This document shows, piece by piece, positions 36,601 to 48,525 of a stretch of 51,206 bases of DNA (position 1 is the stretch's first letter; every line of letters starts with the position of its first letter). The notes beneath the pieces were generated by a model. The model was not told the origin of the DNA and searched no databases. It saw only the letters and a list, made by a program, of their open reading frames with translations. Origin of the DNA: Vitrella brassicaformis CCMP3155 (lineage: Eukaryota > Protista > Chromerida). The DNA lies in contig CDMY01000565.1 of assembly GCA_001179505.1 (NCBI GenBank), forward strand, positions 1 through 51,206, given 5' to 3'. Made by a program: the position numbers and the translations under genes.

Positions 36601-39600
36601 CATCCGTGTTGTGTGTGGGTGTGCAGGTGCTGCCCGGCGCGCCGAGTCTCGCGAGCGGGGCCGTCCCGCTAAGCCCGGCACCAGCAAGAACAGGACACCT
36701 AGCGCACACACACCGGTCGGTCAGCTGGCACACTCAGGCAGCCAAGGGAGAGGGAGGGAGACAACCACCTACACACCCACCCATACTTCATCGCAGGTGC
36801 GTCCTGGCAAGGAGGCCAAGGCTGCTGCCGCTGCTGCTTCTGGTGGTAGTGGGGGTGGGGGCGGTTCGACCAATGGCCTGCCGCCCGACGGTCTCGCAAT
36901 CATGCCGAAGTGAGTGAAACTGGGAGGGAGAGAAGAGGCCGACACAGATGATGATCGCGCACATTCTTGGTCCTCTCCTTGTTTACAGGGGTGGCAAGGT
37001 GCGTCGCCAGGAGCGTGTGTCGCACCAGAAGTGGCCGGTGACGGAGCTGAGGCCGGAGCTGGTCGAGGTATGCACACGAACGGAGAGACGCCTGTTGGTA
37101 TGGATTGATGTGCACTGCATGTGTGTCTGTGTCTGTGTGATCGGATCGTCCGTCGATCCGCCAGGCGTTGCAGGTCGACTTGCGCCCGCACGTGTCGCAG
37201 GCCCTGCTGGCACACATGTTCGACTCCAACTTCCAAAAGGCCCTCAAGTACGGAAACCACACACACACCCCAAACCACACCGCACCAACACACAATCCAC
37301 CACCCGGAATCTGCTTTGGCTAGGGCGTTGGATTGCTGGCGTGTGTACGTGGGTGTGGCGGGCAACTTCGCCTCGGTGGCCGAGGTCATGGACCTGTTGC
37401 TCAAGTGGATCACCGTCAGGTCAACCATGCAGTGCCCACTCACAGACAGACAGGCACCAGTCTGGCACGTGTGTGTGTGTGTGTGTGTTTGCGTTCACGC
37501 AGATTGTTTGAGACCAACACGCGCATCACCAGCGCCACCCTGGAGCTGACCAAGCTGCTGTTCCACCGGATGGAGGACAGCGTACACACACACAGACGGG
37601 CGGCGGGTCCATTGCGGGCATCTTGGCTCGGTCGTGTTCTGTGTGTGTGTGTGTGTGTGTGTCAGGGTTACGAGATGACGGACGTGGAGGCGTCGACGAT
37701 CATCCCGCACATCGTCGAGCGGGTCGGACACAACCAGGCACAGTTCAGAGGTCCGTGAGTACACACCCACACACACGGGAGGCATTGCTATGTGTGTGTG
37801 TGTTTGTTGAACAGAGAGGTTTCGCGAGCTGCTGCATTGGGTGTTCCGGCTGTACTCGCCCACCAAGGCCCTGCAGCTGCTGCTGCTCGGACTCATCTCG
37901 TCAAACACACGGTGCGGAAACGGGTGGTCTCCTGCCTAACCAGCCCTACTCATGTGGCCCTCCCTGGTGTGTTGTCTGTCAGGTCTGTGGCAGACACGGT
38001 AGACGAGGTTGCCGTGGCGGTAGAGCAGCACGGACCTGACGTCTTCCCTAACCTACACAGGGACGTCCCAAGACTCACAGGTGGGGTGGGTGGGGAGGCT
38101 ATCCATCCATTCAGACACACACCTTCCCTCATCGGTTTGTTTGTGTGTGTCCACCAACCACCAGACATAGCGCTGAACAACAAGATAGAGGGCGTCCGCG
38201 CGGCGGCCCACCGTGCGCTGCTCAACCTCTTCGACCACGTGGGAGACCACATGTACACGTACGCATCCATCAGCCACCACCCACACTCACAAGCCATTCA
38301 CCCCCCTGCTTCCGTTTGCAGACTCTGCGGCGCATCCGCCGAGCGCGTCAAGACCGACATCGTCCTCCGCCACAAAGGGGGGGGAGGAGGTGTCAACCGC
38401 GCCCACCCCCCTCTGCCCCCCCACTCCCGATCGCTCGACTTCACGCCCTCCTCCCCCATCCCCCCACACGCCAGCGTCAGCACCACCCACCCCGACGCTC
38501 ACAGCATCCACGGCCACCGGCAGTCGACCACATCCAACTCTAGCGACGGCAGCGGCTTCACCGTGCAGAGCGACTCCAACGACAGAGTGCATCATGTGCA
38601 CCAGGTGGCCAGGCGGGGGCCGGGGGGCGGCGGCAGGGGTGCGGGAAAGAGAGAGCCATCCCCTTGTGGGCGGCCGCCCATGGCTGGTGGTGGTGGTGGT
38701 GTGTCGGGTTCGTTGAGGATTCCCACGCCCAAGGGCCGCGCCATGGCCGGCATGCTCTACACGCCGCAGAAGGGCCAGCGGGGCAGCCGCGACGGTGTCG
38801 ACAGTCACGCACTCAGACAAATCGAGTCAGTGAGGCCGTGAGAGCAACAATCTGTCCACCGACCGACAACAATCTGATCTGTGTTGTCCGCTGCTCATTC
38901 AGAAATGCAGCTGGCTCGCCTGATCCGTGTGCTGCCGCCGTTGCTGGTGTGTGTGGGGTCTCCGGCAGTGGGGCCAAGACGCCCCCAGTGCCCATCCCGC
39001 GGCCAAAGGCCAAGACGCCCAGGTCGGCCGGCAAGGGGCGAGAGAGGGAGAGGGAGGCCATGGTCATGGTATCGTCGAGTGAGGCCAGCCAGACGCCCCC
39101 ACCGCTCAGCGACCTTGTGTCACCCGTCATCACGCCGCAGAGGAAGAGCCCTTCTGCCGCCGGTGAAACAGGCGACCAGCAACCGCAGGTGGTGGAGCTA
39201 GAAGCGGATGGGGGTGTGAGTGGGGGAGAGGAGCAGAACACAGAGGAGCAGGTGCCGCCAAACCCTTATGCATGTAAGTAAATGAGGGAGGCGGGAGGGA
39301 ACAGACAGACAGATCCCCACCCGAGAATGGTCTTGATTTGATGAATGACTGAATGTATGTGTGCCTGCCTTCGTTGCCTTATATATTGTCAGGTCTGCCA
39401 GATGAGTTCCGCCTGCCCCTGAGCGACGAGGACTGGCGCGCCATGTGGCTGAGGCGACACGGCCGTGAACAGGAGGCCACCACCAGCCCCCTTCCCACAT
39501 CCATGTTTAACACCCTCGTCAAGAGCTATATGCCGCCCGTCCCTCGTGCGGATGGCGACGCAACCCCCACCCGGCAGCTGCCCGATCACGTCAGGGGGCT

Positions 39601-40096
39601 GCTGGCCGTCCTCACCGAGGCGGACCACCACTCGCACGGCGACGTCGCCAAGGTATGTGTGTGTGATGTGCTTTGGCGACAGACTGCATCTTTCAAGAAG
39701 GGATCAATGAATCAGTCAGTGTGTGGGTTGGTGTGTTGATGGATGGATGGCTGGGCGCAGAGTGCCGTAGAGTTGCTGGAGTGGATGCAGATGCAGAGTG
39801 CCGCCGACGAGCGACACGAGGAGCAGCCCATCTTAGCCATGGTTGGTTGCGCATGCACTGTCTGACCGCCACAGCCGACACCCAATGAACTGCCACACTG
39901 TGTGTGTGTGTGGTGTGGGAATGCACACAGGAGAGACACGCCCCGTTGTTCGGTTGTGCGTTGGCGCGTGCCCTGCGCGTGTCGTTTGACCGTGCCTGCG
40001 ACTGGTGGTCTCTCACACAGGGCACCACAGACCTCACCACAACCAACACCGTCCTAGAGGTGGGTATCACGACCCTCATAACCATCCCTCCACACA

Positions 40097-40140
<44 letters not shown>

Positions 40141-42054
40141 CGGGCATCGACCACTTGATGAGTGTTCTCCTTTTTGGGTCATGCAGTGTTTGATGCGCCT
40201 GGGTCGGGAGAAGCGTGTGGTTGGATGTTTGCCCAAGGAGGAGACCAAGGCACTCATGCGGGTGCTGCTCACCATGCTGCAGCAGGGGGGCGCCATGGAC
40301 AGCCTCATGAGCGCCGACCCGCCCCTGAGTCTGCAGCACCTCAACACACTCGCCGGCCAGAGCATCCTGGGGCACTCCAACAAGTAACCAAACTGGCCAC
40401 CCACCCACACACGCATCACACATGTTTTTCGGGTGTGTGAGTGGTGTGTGTGTGTGTCTCAGGTCGATGATGCTGCGGATACTGTTGGAGTTTGCCCTGT
40501 ACGAGGGCGATAGCATCAGCATGGACCTCCTCCTCAAGTCGCTCAAGAAGCTGCTCGACTGGCTCGCCAGATATGGCAAGGGCGTCTCAGGCAGGCACTC
40601 GACCGGCTCGGTGGTGGCGAGTGAGGACAGGAGCCCCAGTGGTGCTGGCGACCCGGGCAGCCCGGCGTCATCCGCCACCGCACCCACACCCAACACCGAA
40701 CGCATCGTACTCGAGCCACTCACAGTGAGCAACCACAGGCTCGCCTCGTCTCGCCTGCCCACGTCTGTCTGTGTGTGTGTCCATACCTTCCTCCCTCGTG
40801 TGTGCAGATGGTGTGGCAACTGGTTCGCGAGACCAACTACCTCCAGCAGCAGCAGCAGCCCTCTGCCGCCCTGGGCGTGCAAGTGCTGCACCACATTTTC
40901 TGCGCCCTGGCGTCGCTCAAGCCCGACGTGACGCGCGCCTTCATGGGCGACAGCGGGCTGTGCGTCGACGGCATCGAGCTGGTCAGGGGGGAACGGGCCA
41001 AGATGGCCGGCATTCTCGGGCGGGAGCTGGCCACCCAGATTATGGGCGAGGGGGATGTAGAGATGCTGCCGGAGGGAACGTCAGAGGGGGCCGGTGTCAT
41101 AGCATGGATGGAGAGGCCTGGTGCGTGGGGTGGGGGAAAGGGCTGGATGGGCTTGGCGCCTTCGAGTCATCTCTTTGTCTCTCTCTCTGTCTCTGTGTGT
41201 GTGTGTGTGTGTCTGTGTCGTGTTGGTTGTCGACCAGATTGGGATGGTTTGGTCAAGCTGGCAGCGACGCAGAAGCCGCGCAACACAGTCCGTGGCCAGA
41301 AGCGTGCCCTTCCTTTGAGGCTCCATCTCTGCGTATGTGTCTGTCTGTCTGTCTGTTTCCTTCCCTCCACCCTCCCATCCATGATCATACAAACAGGTGC
41401 ATGAGCTGCAGGAGACCCTCACGGCACTGATCGCCCGCCACGGCATCGACATGGCCGACGAAGCCAAGGTGGGTGGGTGGGTGGGTGCAGGACGCGAGTG
41501 TGTGTCTGTGTCTGTGTCTGTGTATGTCAGTCGAGTAGCAGCGCCCCACAGATCTTCAAGGACGGCATACCGAGCACACACCAACAGCTACACAGGTGCG
41601 CCAAAGACGCACCGCACAGCAGCCAGGCCAACTAGTAAGCGGCCTCTTGACCTCTCCCCTGGTGGCTGTTGTGTCTGCCTGTCTGTCTGTCAGTGTGGCG
41701 GATGAGTACACGTCGGCCTTCCGCCATGTGATGGACGAGGCCGCCAAAGACCGCCCCCAGCCCATGACGGTGCCCGAGCTCCTCCGCTGCCACGTGTCGT
41801 CCACACAGCCCTCCCCCGCTGCCGTGCCGTCCATGACACAACTTCAGCACCACCACCAGCAGCACAAACACCAGCACCACCACAGCAGCAGTGGGCCGGC
41901 AGCAGACACAAACAAGGCGCCTCAAGACAGTCATCATGGGGGTGGGTCGCGTGGGCATGGGCATGTGGCGGGCGGTGCGCCGATATCGGCCAAGCTGGAG
42001 ACGCTGCGGGCCAAGCTGGATGCACTCAAGCAGGGCAGAGGGGGACGGAAATAG
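30461..42054 (+). CDS. CKAP5: XMAP215/ch-TOG/MOR1 microtubule polymerase (TOG1-5 plus C-terminal domain), multi-exon
   Basis: TOG W-motifs PLESRLVSKKWAERASAY, KQAKWSDKKEW, DDPHWKQRQEG, SAWKTRREAL, HQKWP. Also KQESNVNVV, LKEKNRIV, ADKNPSVRQQV, LQDKNQRIR, RLFETN and the C-terminal AKLETLRAKLDALKQGRGGRK*. Confidence 0.9.
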
Positions 42055-42824
42055 TGGATACTCACTTAGGTAGATAGAGGGATGGATGGATGGATTCACT
42101 TGGGTGTGATACGATTCGTGTTCGTGTGCTTGGCTTGTATGGTGTGAGTGTGCGTCTGTGTACGGCCCGGCACGCGTATGTGTGTATGTATGTGTAGATA
42201 TCTAATCTAGAGCATGCACGTGTGTGTGTGTGTGAGTGAGTGAGTGAGTGAACCGCAGTGAATGAATTGCGCTCTCAATCGGTATGTCTTCTGAGTGTCT
42301 GTATATCGTGCCCACAACAACAGCCAGCCATTCAGCAAGACGAACACACACACACATCCCGTGTTTCTCTGTCCCCGACCCACCCACACACCGCCGATCT
42401 GGTCGGCCACTGCACATGAATGAATGAGTGGCGACAATCGGACAGAGGGGAGGACAGCAGCCAGACAGACAGACAGACAGACAGAAAGGTACGGGCGAGC
42501 CAGACGAAGGTACACTCTGGTGTGAGCAGACAGGCGGACATTAGCAAGAGGCATAGCTATCGATCGCATCCATCAGCCAGCACCACACCACACACCACAC
42601 ACCACGAGAGGAAGTCCCCGCCCCCTATATCTACCGTCGGCGCCTTCATGCAGCGACTGTACCAGAGAGAAGGTGTCGGGCTGATGGCTCCAATGTCAAC
42701 ACCGCCGTCCAGCCTGACACGCACACGCACACGGATAGAATGACACCATGGTGTACACCACACCGTGTGTGTGTGCTTCATCTGCTCGTGTCAGTCGTCT
42801 TTGATACAAACATACCTCAGCTGT

Positions 42825-44542
42825 CTATCGGTCGAAGACCGTGGCTGAGATGACAGCCCCCAGCACCGCACGGGCCAGCCGAGTCGTCTCTGGGAAGCGG
42901 TCCTTGAAGGCACCAAACTTATGCACACCAGACGCAACCGACTCGAAAGTATTGACCTCCACCACCACTGCAACCAAATGACAGGAGAGGACAGCAGATG
43001 AGAGGCATTGCACCATTCACTAGCTGGGCTTGGGCTGACCAATGTTGTTCGGGGCGGGGAGGCTCCCCGAGATGCTAATCCACGCAACGAATGAGTGGCG
43101 GGCGTCTGTCAGGACGAGACGACGACAACCTACGCAGTGAATGGGGCGGTATGATGTCGTGGTGATGCATCCCTCCACTGGTGTGTGGGGCGACTGTCTC
43201 AGCAGGGTGTCCAACCGACCGTTGTCAGCATGCCTGACCAGTAAGTAAAGACAGACACACAAACAATCACTCCCGTGTCGCGACAATGCCCATACAGACT
43301 GATGCCCCACCTCGCCTGTCGACGTCACGTCTATGGGTTCTCCTGAAACGCTGGACGTGGTGAGTCCTGTCGAAGTGGTCGAGGATGATGTGTTTGACGA
43401 ACGACGACACGGATGGGTCGTCGACAGGAGCAAACAGCTGCGGCTGCCATCCCCGGCCCGAATGCGTGATCCATCTGCGGACGGGCGGGTCATGTGGCTG
43501 TCGGTGCTGCTGGTAGGTCTGGCGGGTCGGGTTGATGGTCAGCTCGTAGCCGGCCTCGTCTTTGATGGCCCGCAGTGTGGTGCACGGGAACAGCTGGAGG
43601 GTCACGCCGTCGCCGGAGTCGATGTGGGGGCCGACCATCCTGAGCTGAGCCAACACACGGGGAGCGGACAAATACGCCTGCACACACGACACACCATACG
43701 CCCATTGAGAGCCATCCTTTCTCTCCCTCCCTCCCTCGCTCCCTCGGTTGGCTTACCGTCTGGTTTGGGTATTGATGCAGATCGTCAGCGGTGAGCCTCA
43801 CCGGCAGCTGGCAGTTGCCGCACTGGTTCGCCAGCTCAATCACCTCGCCCATCGGACTCCAGCCGCCCGCCTCCGTCACGCACAGCGCCGCCAGCAGGTC
43901 ACCCACGCCCATCTGCTGCTGATCGAATGTCAGCAGCTGCACTACACGCCCATTCACCGTCCGCCACAGCCCGGCCTGTGTGCTGACTTCACGGCCCAGC
44001 CGCTGCCGCAGCTGAGGCGCTCCGAAGAGGCCCCTGGCCCAGCTGCATGTCTTCCTCAGACGCAGCACATCCCGCAGCAGAAAATCGCTGCCGCGGTGGG
44101 CGCAGACGTACCACACCGGATGCTGCTGCTGCTGCTGGGTGTGCTGGCTGGGGGCCGTCAGATCTGCCGACAGGGAGCTGCCGCCCCCCTGGTGCTGTTG
44201 CTGTGACTCTGCCGCACCCATCGAACCACCTGCAGGCACCACACAGCACAGGACGGTATGACGAGATGCAATCAACCGACAGCAGCCGGTGGTTTGCGTA
44301 CCTCCACTGTGTCCACCACGAGCAGCAGCAGCAGCAGCAGGGTCGATGTCTACGCGTCTACGCTTCTTGGCGCTGCCGTCATCAGCAGGCACCTGAACAG
44401 CGAAATACATCAATGACTTTGTGTGTCTGTGTGGGTGTGGACCTGTGCGTACCCCGTTGCTATGCTGTCTGTTGCTGTCGGTCTCATTCGGTCCCGCAGC
44501 ACCGCCCGCCCCCCACTGAGCCGCCCCGCCGTCGACATCCAT
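42825..44542 (-). CDS. Lineage-specific expanded-family protein (F-box-like motif), function unknown
   Basis: Exons MDVDGG.., VWYVCAHRGSDFLLRDVLRLRKTCSWARGLFGAPQLRQRL.., AYLSAPRVLAQLRMVGPHID.., ..VVVEVNTFESVA..FKDRFPETTRLARAVLGAVISATVFDR*, joined by GT-AG introns. Confidence 0.55.
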
Positions 44543-46177
44543 TCGCTGACATAAACACACACAGACACAGACACACAGAGGAATGACCGACTTGTGTGTG
44601 CCATCCAGTGGTCGGTGGAGCCTTACGCGTCTGTTGTGGTTAGTAGACGTCTGTGTCAGCTCACTGCTGAGGGCCGAGTGGGCGTCGGCGAGGTTCGTCA
44701 GAAGACCCAGCAGCCGGCGGCCAGCCGCCGACGCAGAAACCTGTCAACGGCAACAAACACGTGAGAGAGAGATGCGAAAGACATCTTTGTTTGACATTCC
44801 TTTTGCAGGCGGACCTGTGTGTAGTTGTGTTGACTGCGTTGGATCAGCTCCCTCGCCCGCCGAGCCGGCGCGGCCATCTCACATGCGATCTGAAGGCAAA
44901 CAAACCGGCAGGCAGCACAAAGAATGATTGATTGGTGTGTCTAGCGCCTCCCTCCCTCCCTCCCTCACCGATTGGATGTGTTCTATGACGTCTCGCAAGC
45001 TATCGTCCGACAAGTCGCCCCGCCCACCTGCACCACACACGCCATCACCACACATATACAAGACATCTGTGGGTTCATTGTGTGCGTCATCATCGCCCAC
45101 CTCTCGAGGGAGCCGGAGCGCCGTGGCTACTGTCCATCTGACCAACGCGAGCCGTCCGGGCGCTATCCGCCGCACCCAAAACCCCCAAGTCAGACCGTCA
45201 CCATCAGACCTGACAGCACACACGCCACACAGCCACGCAGGGAGGGAAGAGAATGTGTTGACCTGCCTCAGTGCCCTCGCTGATGAATGGCGCGTCGGCT
45301 CAGTGAGTGAATGAATGAATGGAGAGGTCTCACCGATGACGACGTCAGGAGGAAGTGTGGCGGAAAGCGCATTGCTATGGCTGCTGTTGTTTACTTACGC
45401 GTTGTCTCGATTGCGACTTCCTGCGTGCAGAGCCTTCTGGACAGACATACGGTTGAAACCAACCTGAAGGGCAAGTAAGCACTTGAATCGTCTGGAGAAT
45501 CAGTGGCGTCGTGTGATTCTCTCTGTCGGTCTGTCTGTCCTTCGTGTGTTTGCTTCACTACAACCAGCAGCAGCGGTTTCAGGGAGCACAGCCCCTGAAA
45601 CCGCTGGCGAGCACAGATTTGAGGGAAAACGTCGCTTTTCGTCACTGCAGTAAGAGGTCGCGTGCCTTCCTGCACGCACTCAAGAACCTCCCGCAGCAGT
45701 GACGATGGTGCGGCTGCTCTGCCCTGGCGGCCCCTGTGGATGAATGGCCTCCACAGTGCCGAGCTGGCTGAGATTGAGGCGAAGGTACGAGCTGCTGCTT
45801 GGCGACATCAAGAATGAGCTTTTCAACGTCAGGGGAGCACAGAGGTTTCATTGTTCCTATGCAGTCGCAGTCAGTCCACTGTGCTGTACAAAGAGCTCCC
45901 ACACAGACAGCTAAGCTTGGCCGGCCACTGAGGGGACACTCTAATTAATTAAACACACCACACCATCGGGCACACACAGCCACCGACCAGACCAAGCCAC
46001 TTTCACACCAAGCCAAAGGCAACCAACGACAGCACCAAACAAACAAACAGACAGACAGACAGGCAGCCAGCCGAAATACCAAAAAGATATGCACCACACG
46101 CACTCATGGACGCATTTCCCGCAACACAAACGCCCCCTCCCCACACACATGTGCGCCAGTCTGTCGAGAAAAAGTCA

Positions 46178-46258
46178 GCAAGCACGTGGCTCATCAGCCG
46201 CCCTCTCGGCCATTGGGTGACCTCTGGTGAGAGCAGCATCACGCAGCGACGCGCTCAC
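46178..46258 (-). promoter_or_regulatory. SECIS element (form II-like; GUGA core, CC apical)
   Basis: Minus strand GUGAGCGCGU-CGCUGC-GUGAU-GCUGCUCUC-ACCAGA-GGUCA-CCCAA-UGGCC-GA-GAGGGCGGC-UGAU-GAGCC-ACGUGCUUGC. By eye this gives a 10-bp helix I, a UGAU/UGAU quartet, a 9-bp helix II and a 5-bp mini-stem. It lies 79 nt downstream of the SelW stop. Confidence 0.75.
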
Positions 46259-46336
46259 GCCTCATTGCTCGCAGACAGGATGCACACGGGAGGAAGAGAG
46301 AGGGGTCGGCGGTTGGGCCGTCATCCATCTATCTGT

Positions 46337-46916
46337 CTAGCCCTTGCTGACTCTGATCCTTTCGGCGATCTTGGCGAAGACGGCCTCCTGCTGGTCTGGG
46401 TTGTCGTGCAGGAAGCCGTGGCCCTTGGTCTTCTTGGAATGAACCTGCCGCAGACCACACCACACATGGAGTATCCATAGCCACACTGCACGTGGCTCTT
46501 ACGAGTTGGCCGTCGACTGTGATCTCGAAGTTGCCCGTTGCCCCCAGGTCCTGCATGACGCACACACACAGGACAAGAGGCTTGACATGATCACATGTGT
46601 ATTGCGTGTCGTCCTCCTGACTGACCATGTTTCCCTCTATGGCCAAATCCGCATCTGGAAACCTGCCCAAGAGAAGGGCTTTCGCCGCCTGCGGAAACAA
46701 GCACACACACACACACAGGAAAGCAGCAGCAACACGTCGCCCATGCCCTGTGCTGCCTCAGCCTGCGACTCAGCTGACTTCAAACTTGGGCTTGTATCCT
46801 CAGGCCCCTGCAGGCAGCCACACACAGAGGTCACAGCTGTGCAGCCACGTGTGACAGCCTTGTCATTCATTCTTCCGTCGCTTACCGCAGAACTGAATGG
46901 CGACTTGCACCGGCAT
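46337..46916 (-). CDS. SELENOW: Selenoprotein W (Rdx family), 92 aa, Sec encoded by TGA at 46800-46802
   Basis: Exons 46916-46886, 46807-46779, 46688-46626, 46550-46503 and 46444-46337, all GT-AG, give MPVQVAIQFCGAUGYKPKFEAAKALLLGRFPDADLAIEGNMDLGATGNFEITVDGQLVHSKKTKGHGFLHDNPDQQEAVFAKIAERIRVSKG*. This carries the SelW motifs CGAUGY, TG.FE(V/I) and HSKK. Confidence 0.93.
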
Positions 46917-47064
46917 CCTGCGAAGGGCCGAGGCGAAGAGAATGGCGAGGCCAAGGAGACGAATCGTGTGACACTGACGCTGGGAACTCGAGAGGCTCCC
47001 CTCCTGCTTTCTCTCCTGCTCTGGTGCGAGCTTACACAGAGAGGGAGGGAGGGGGGGGGGGGGG

Positions 47065-47363
47065 NNNNNNNNNNNNNNNNNNNNNNNNNNNNNNNNNNNN
47101 NNNNNNNNNNNNNNNNNNNNNNNNNNNNNNNNNNNNNNNNNNNNNNNNNNNNNNNNNNNNNNNNNNNNNNNNNNNNNNNNNNNNNNNNNNNNNNNNNNNN
47201 NNNNNNNNNNNNNNNNNNNNNNNNNNNNNNNNNNNNNNNNNNNNNNNNNNNNNNNNNNNNNNNNNNNNNNNNNNNNNNNNNNNNNNNNNNNNNNNNNNNN
47301 NNNNNNNNNNNNNNNNNNNNNNNNNNNNNNNNNNNNNNNNNNNNNNNNNNNNNNNNNNNNNNN
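47065..47363. other. Assembly gap (299 N) flanked by poly-G
   Basis: Run of N with G homopolymers on both sides. Confidence 1.
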
Positions 47364-47624
47364 NGGGGGGGGGGGGGGCCACGCGTCTGGTTTACTGCTG
47401 AAGGTGAGGACACACAGCCACACACATACCACACACAGATCTGTGCCCAATAGATCTACAGGCAGATGGACCACACAGATGTGTATGTGCTTTCAGGTTC
47501 CTCGAGATCTCTCCGCTGACTGCCCTTGGATACACACAGACACATGGGAGGTACGTCAGCCTCGCAGCACGCTACGGCACGACACACACAGCAGCACTGA
47601 CTGAACATGTATGTGGTTTGCCAG

Positions 47625-48525
47625 GCTGTTTCTCCCGTCGAGCTGTCACCCGACGGCTCGTCCACGGCATCCATCAAGGATGGCAGCCTCACGCTAGATC
47701 GGGCTACGCAACTGATTGATACGGGAGCTGACGACACCAGCGGCCTATTTCGCGCTATCGCACTTGCCCTTACCCAAGGCCGCTATGACGTCGCCCACAT
47801 GCTGCTGGATGACCCCAATCTCGACATCAAGGCTGCGCATCACCTGCTGTGGCGCGTGGCAGACGACGCACGTGACGGCAGTGTGTCGTCAGCCGAGAAG
47901 CTTGGGATGGCCAAGAGGCTGAGAGCGCTCGGGGCGGCAGACCAAAATCCATATGTCCCCATCTGGCAGTTCTGCAGTCGTCCCCTCGCCCACCCGTCCC
48001 ACCATCTGGAGCTCATTGCCTACCTTTTCCACAAGGCCGGAGGAATTGGGCCCTTCTCTATTATGCGGCTCGATCTCGGTGCTCGGATGGCGTCCTGTGG
48101 CTGCTCATGCGCAACGGGGCGGCCGTCAACGAGAATCAGGGTGGCCACCCCTAGAAGTGCTGCGGGCGGCATACCGTGAGTATCTGCAGCATGACCTGCC
48201 GATGCAGGTCAGCATCGCCGTCAAGACCGCCCTCCTGCCCGCACAAGCGCTAAAGACCACGGCACTGCCGGATGGCGTCATCGAGAGCATCGAGGCGCTC
48301 ATTGGCGTGGGTAGCCCGCCCACTGCCTGCATTCCCATTGGCGAGCAGCCCTTCGGCAATCGCATCAATGAGCTGGTCAACGGCTACCTCTCTGCGGCTT
48401 ACAAGTGCATTCGGCAGGCCAGCAGCAGCAGCAGCCGGGAGGGCATGTGTTGGGGGCCTGGCGATGTGCTGCAGGAAGTAATGGACGCCGCCAAGGAGGA
48501 GGGGCGACGGTTCGGCATCGAATGA
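47625..48525 (+). pseudogene. Ankyrin-repeat gene copy 2, frameshifted
   Basis: Closely similar to the 10732-11876 copy (LTQGRYDVAHMLLDDPNLDIKAAHHLLWRVADD..). It has a 37-nt deletion near 48040 and a second indel near 48135-48150. Confidence 0.75.

Larger units (their letters stand above)
780..46920. repeat. Intronic simple repeats (CA)n/(TG)n, (GA)n, (GGAT)n, (GACA)n
   Basis: Visible in most introns of every multi-exon gene. They produce the many spurious HTHT/CVCV ORFs. Confidence 0.95.

Noticed and set aside
45391-45902. Short minus-strand ORFs downstream of SelW as a gene
   Set aside because: No consistent spliced frame or recognisable motif could be built.
45913-45952. Adjacent HindIII, FseI and PacI sites resembling a polylinker
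   Set aside because: Only three sites, embedded seamlessly in native-looking sequence with no other vector features; probably chance.
46319-46330. AUGA-CGGCCC-AA just after the SelW stop as a canonical SECIS
   Set aside because: Only 6 nt separate AUGA from AA, there is no matching 3' arm or GA quartet partner, and it sits almost directly after the stop. The 46178-46258 hairpin fits far better.
47051-47378. Poly-G tracts as G-quadruplex regulatory elements upstream of SelW
   Set aside because: They flank a gap, so their true length and sequence are unresolved.
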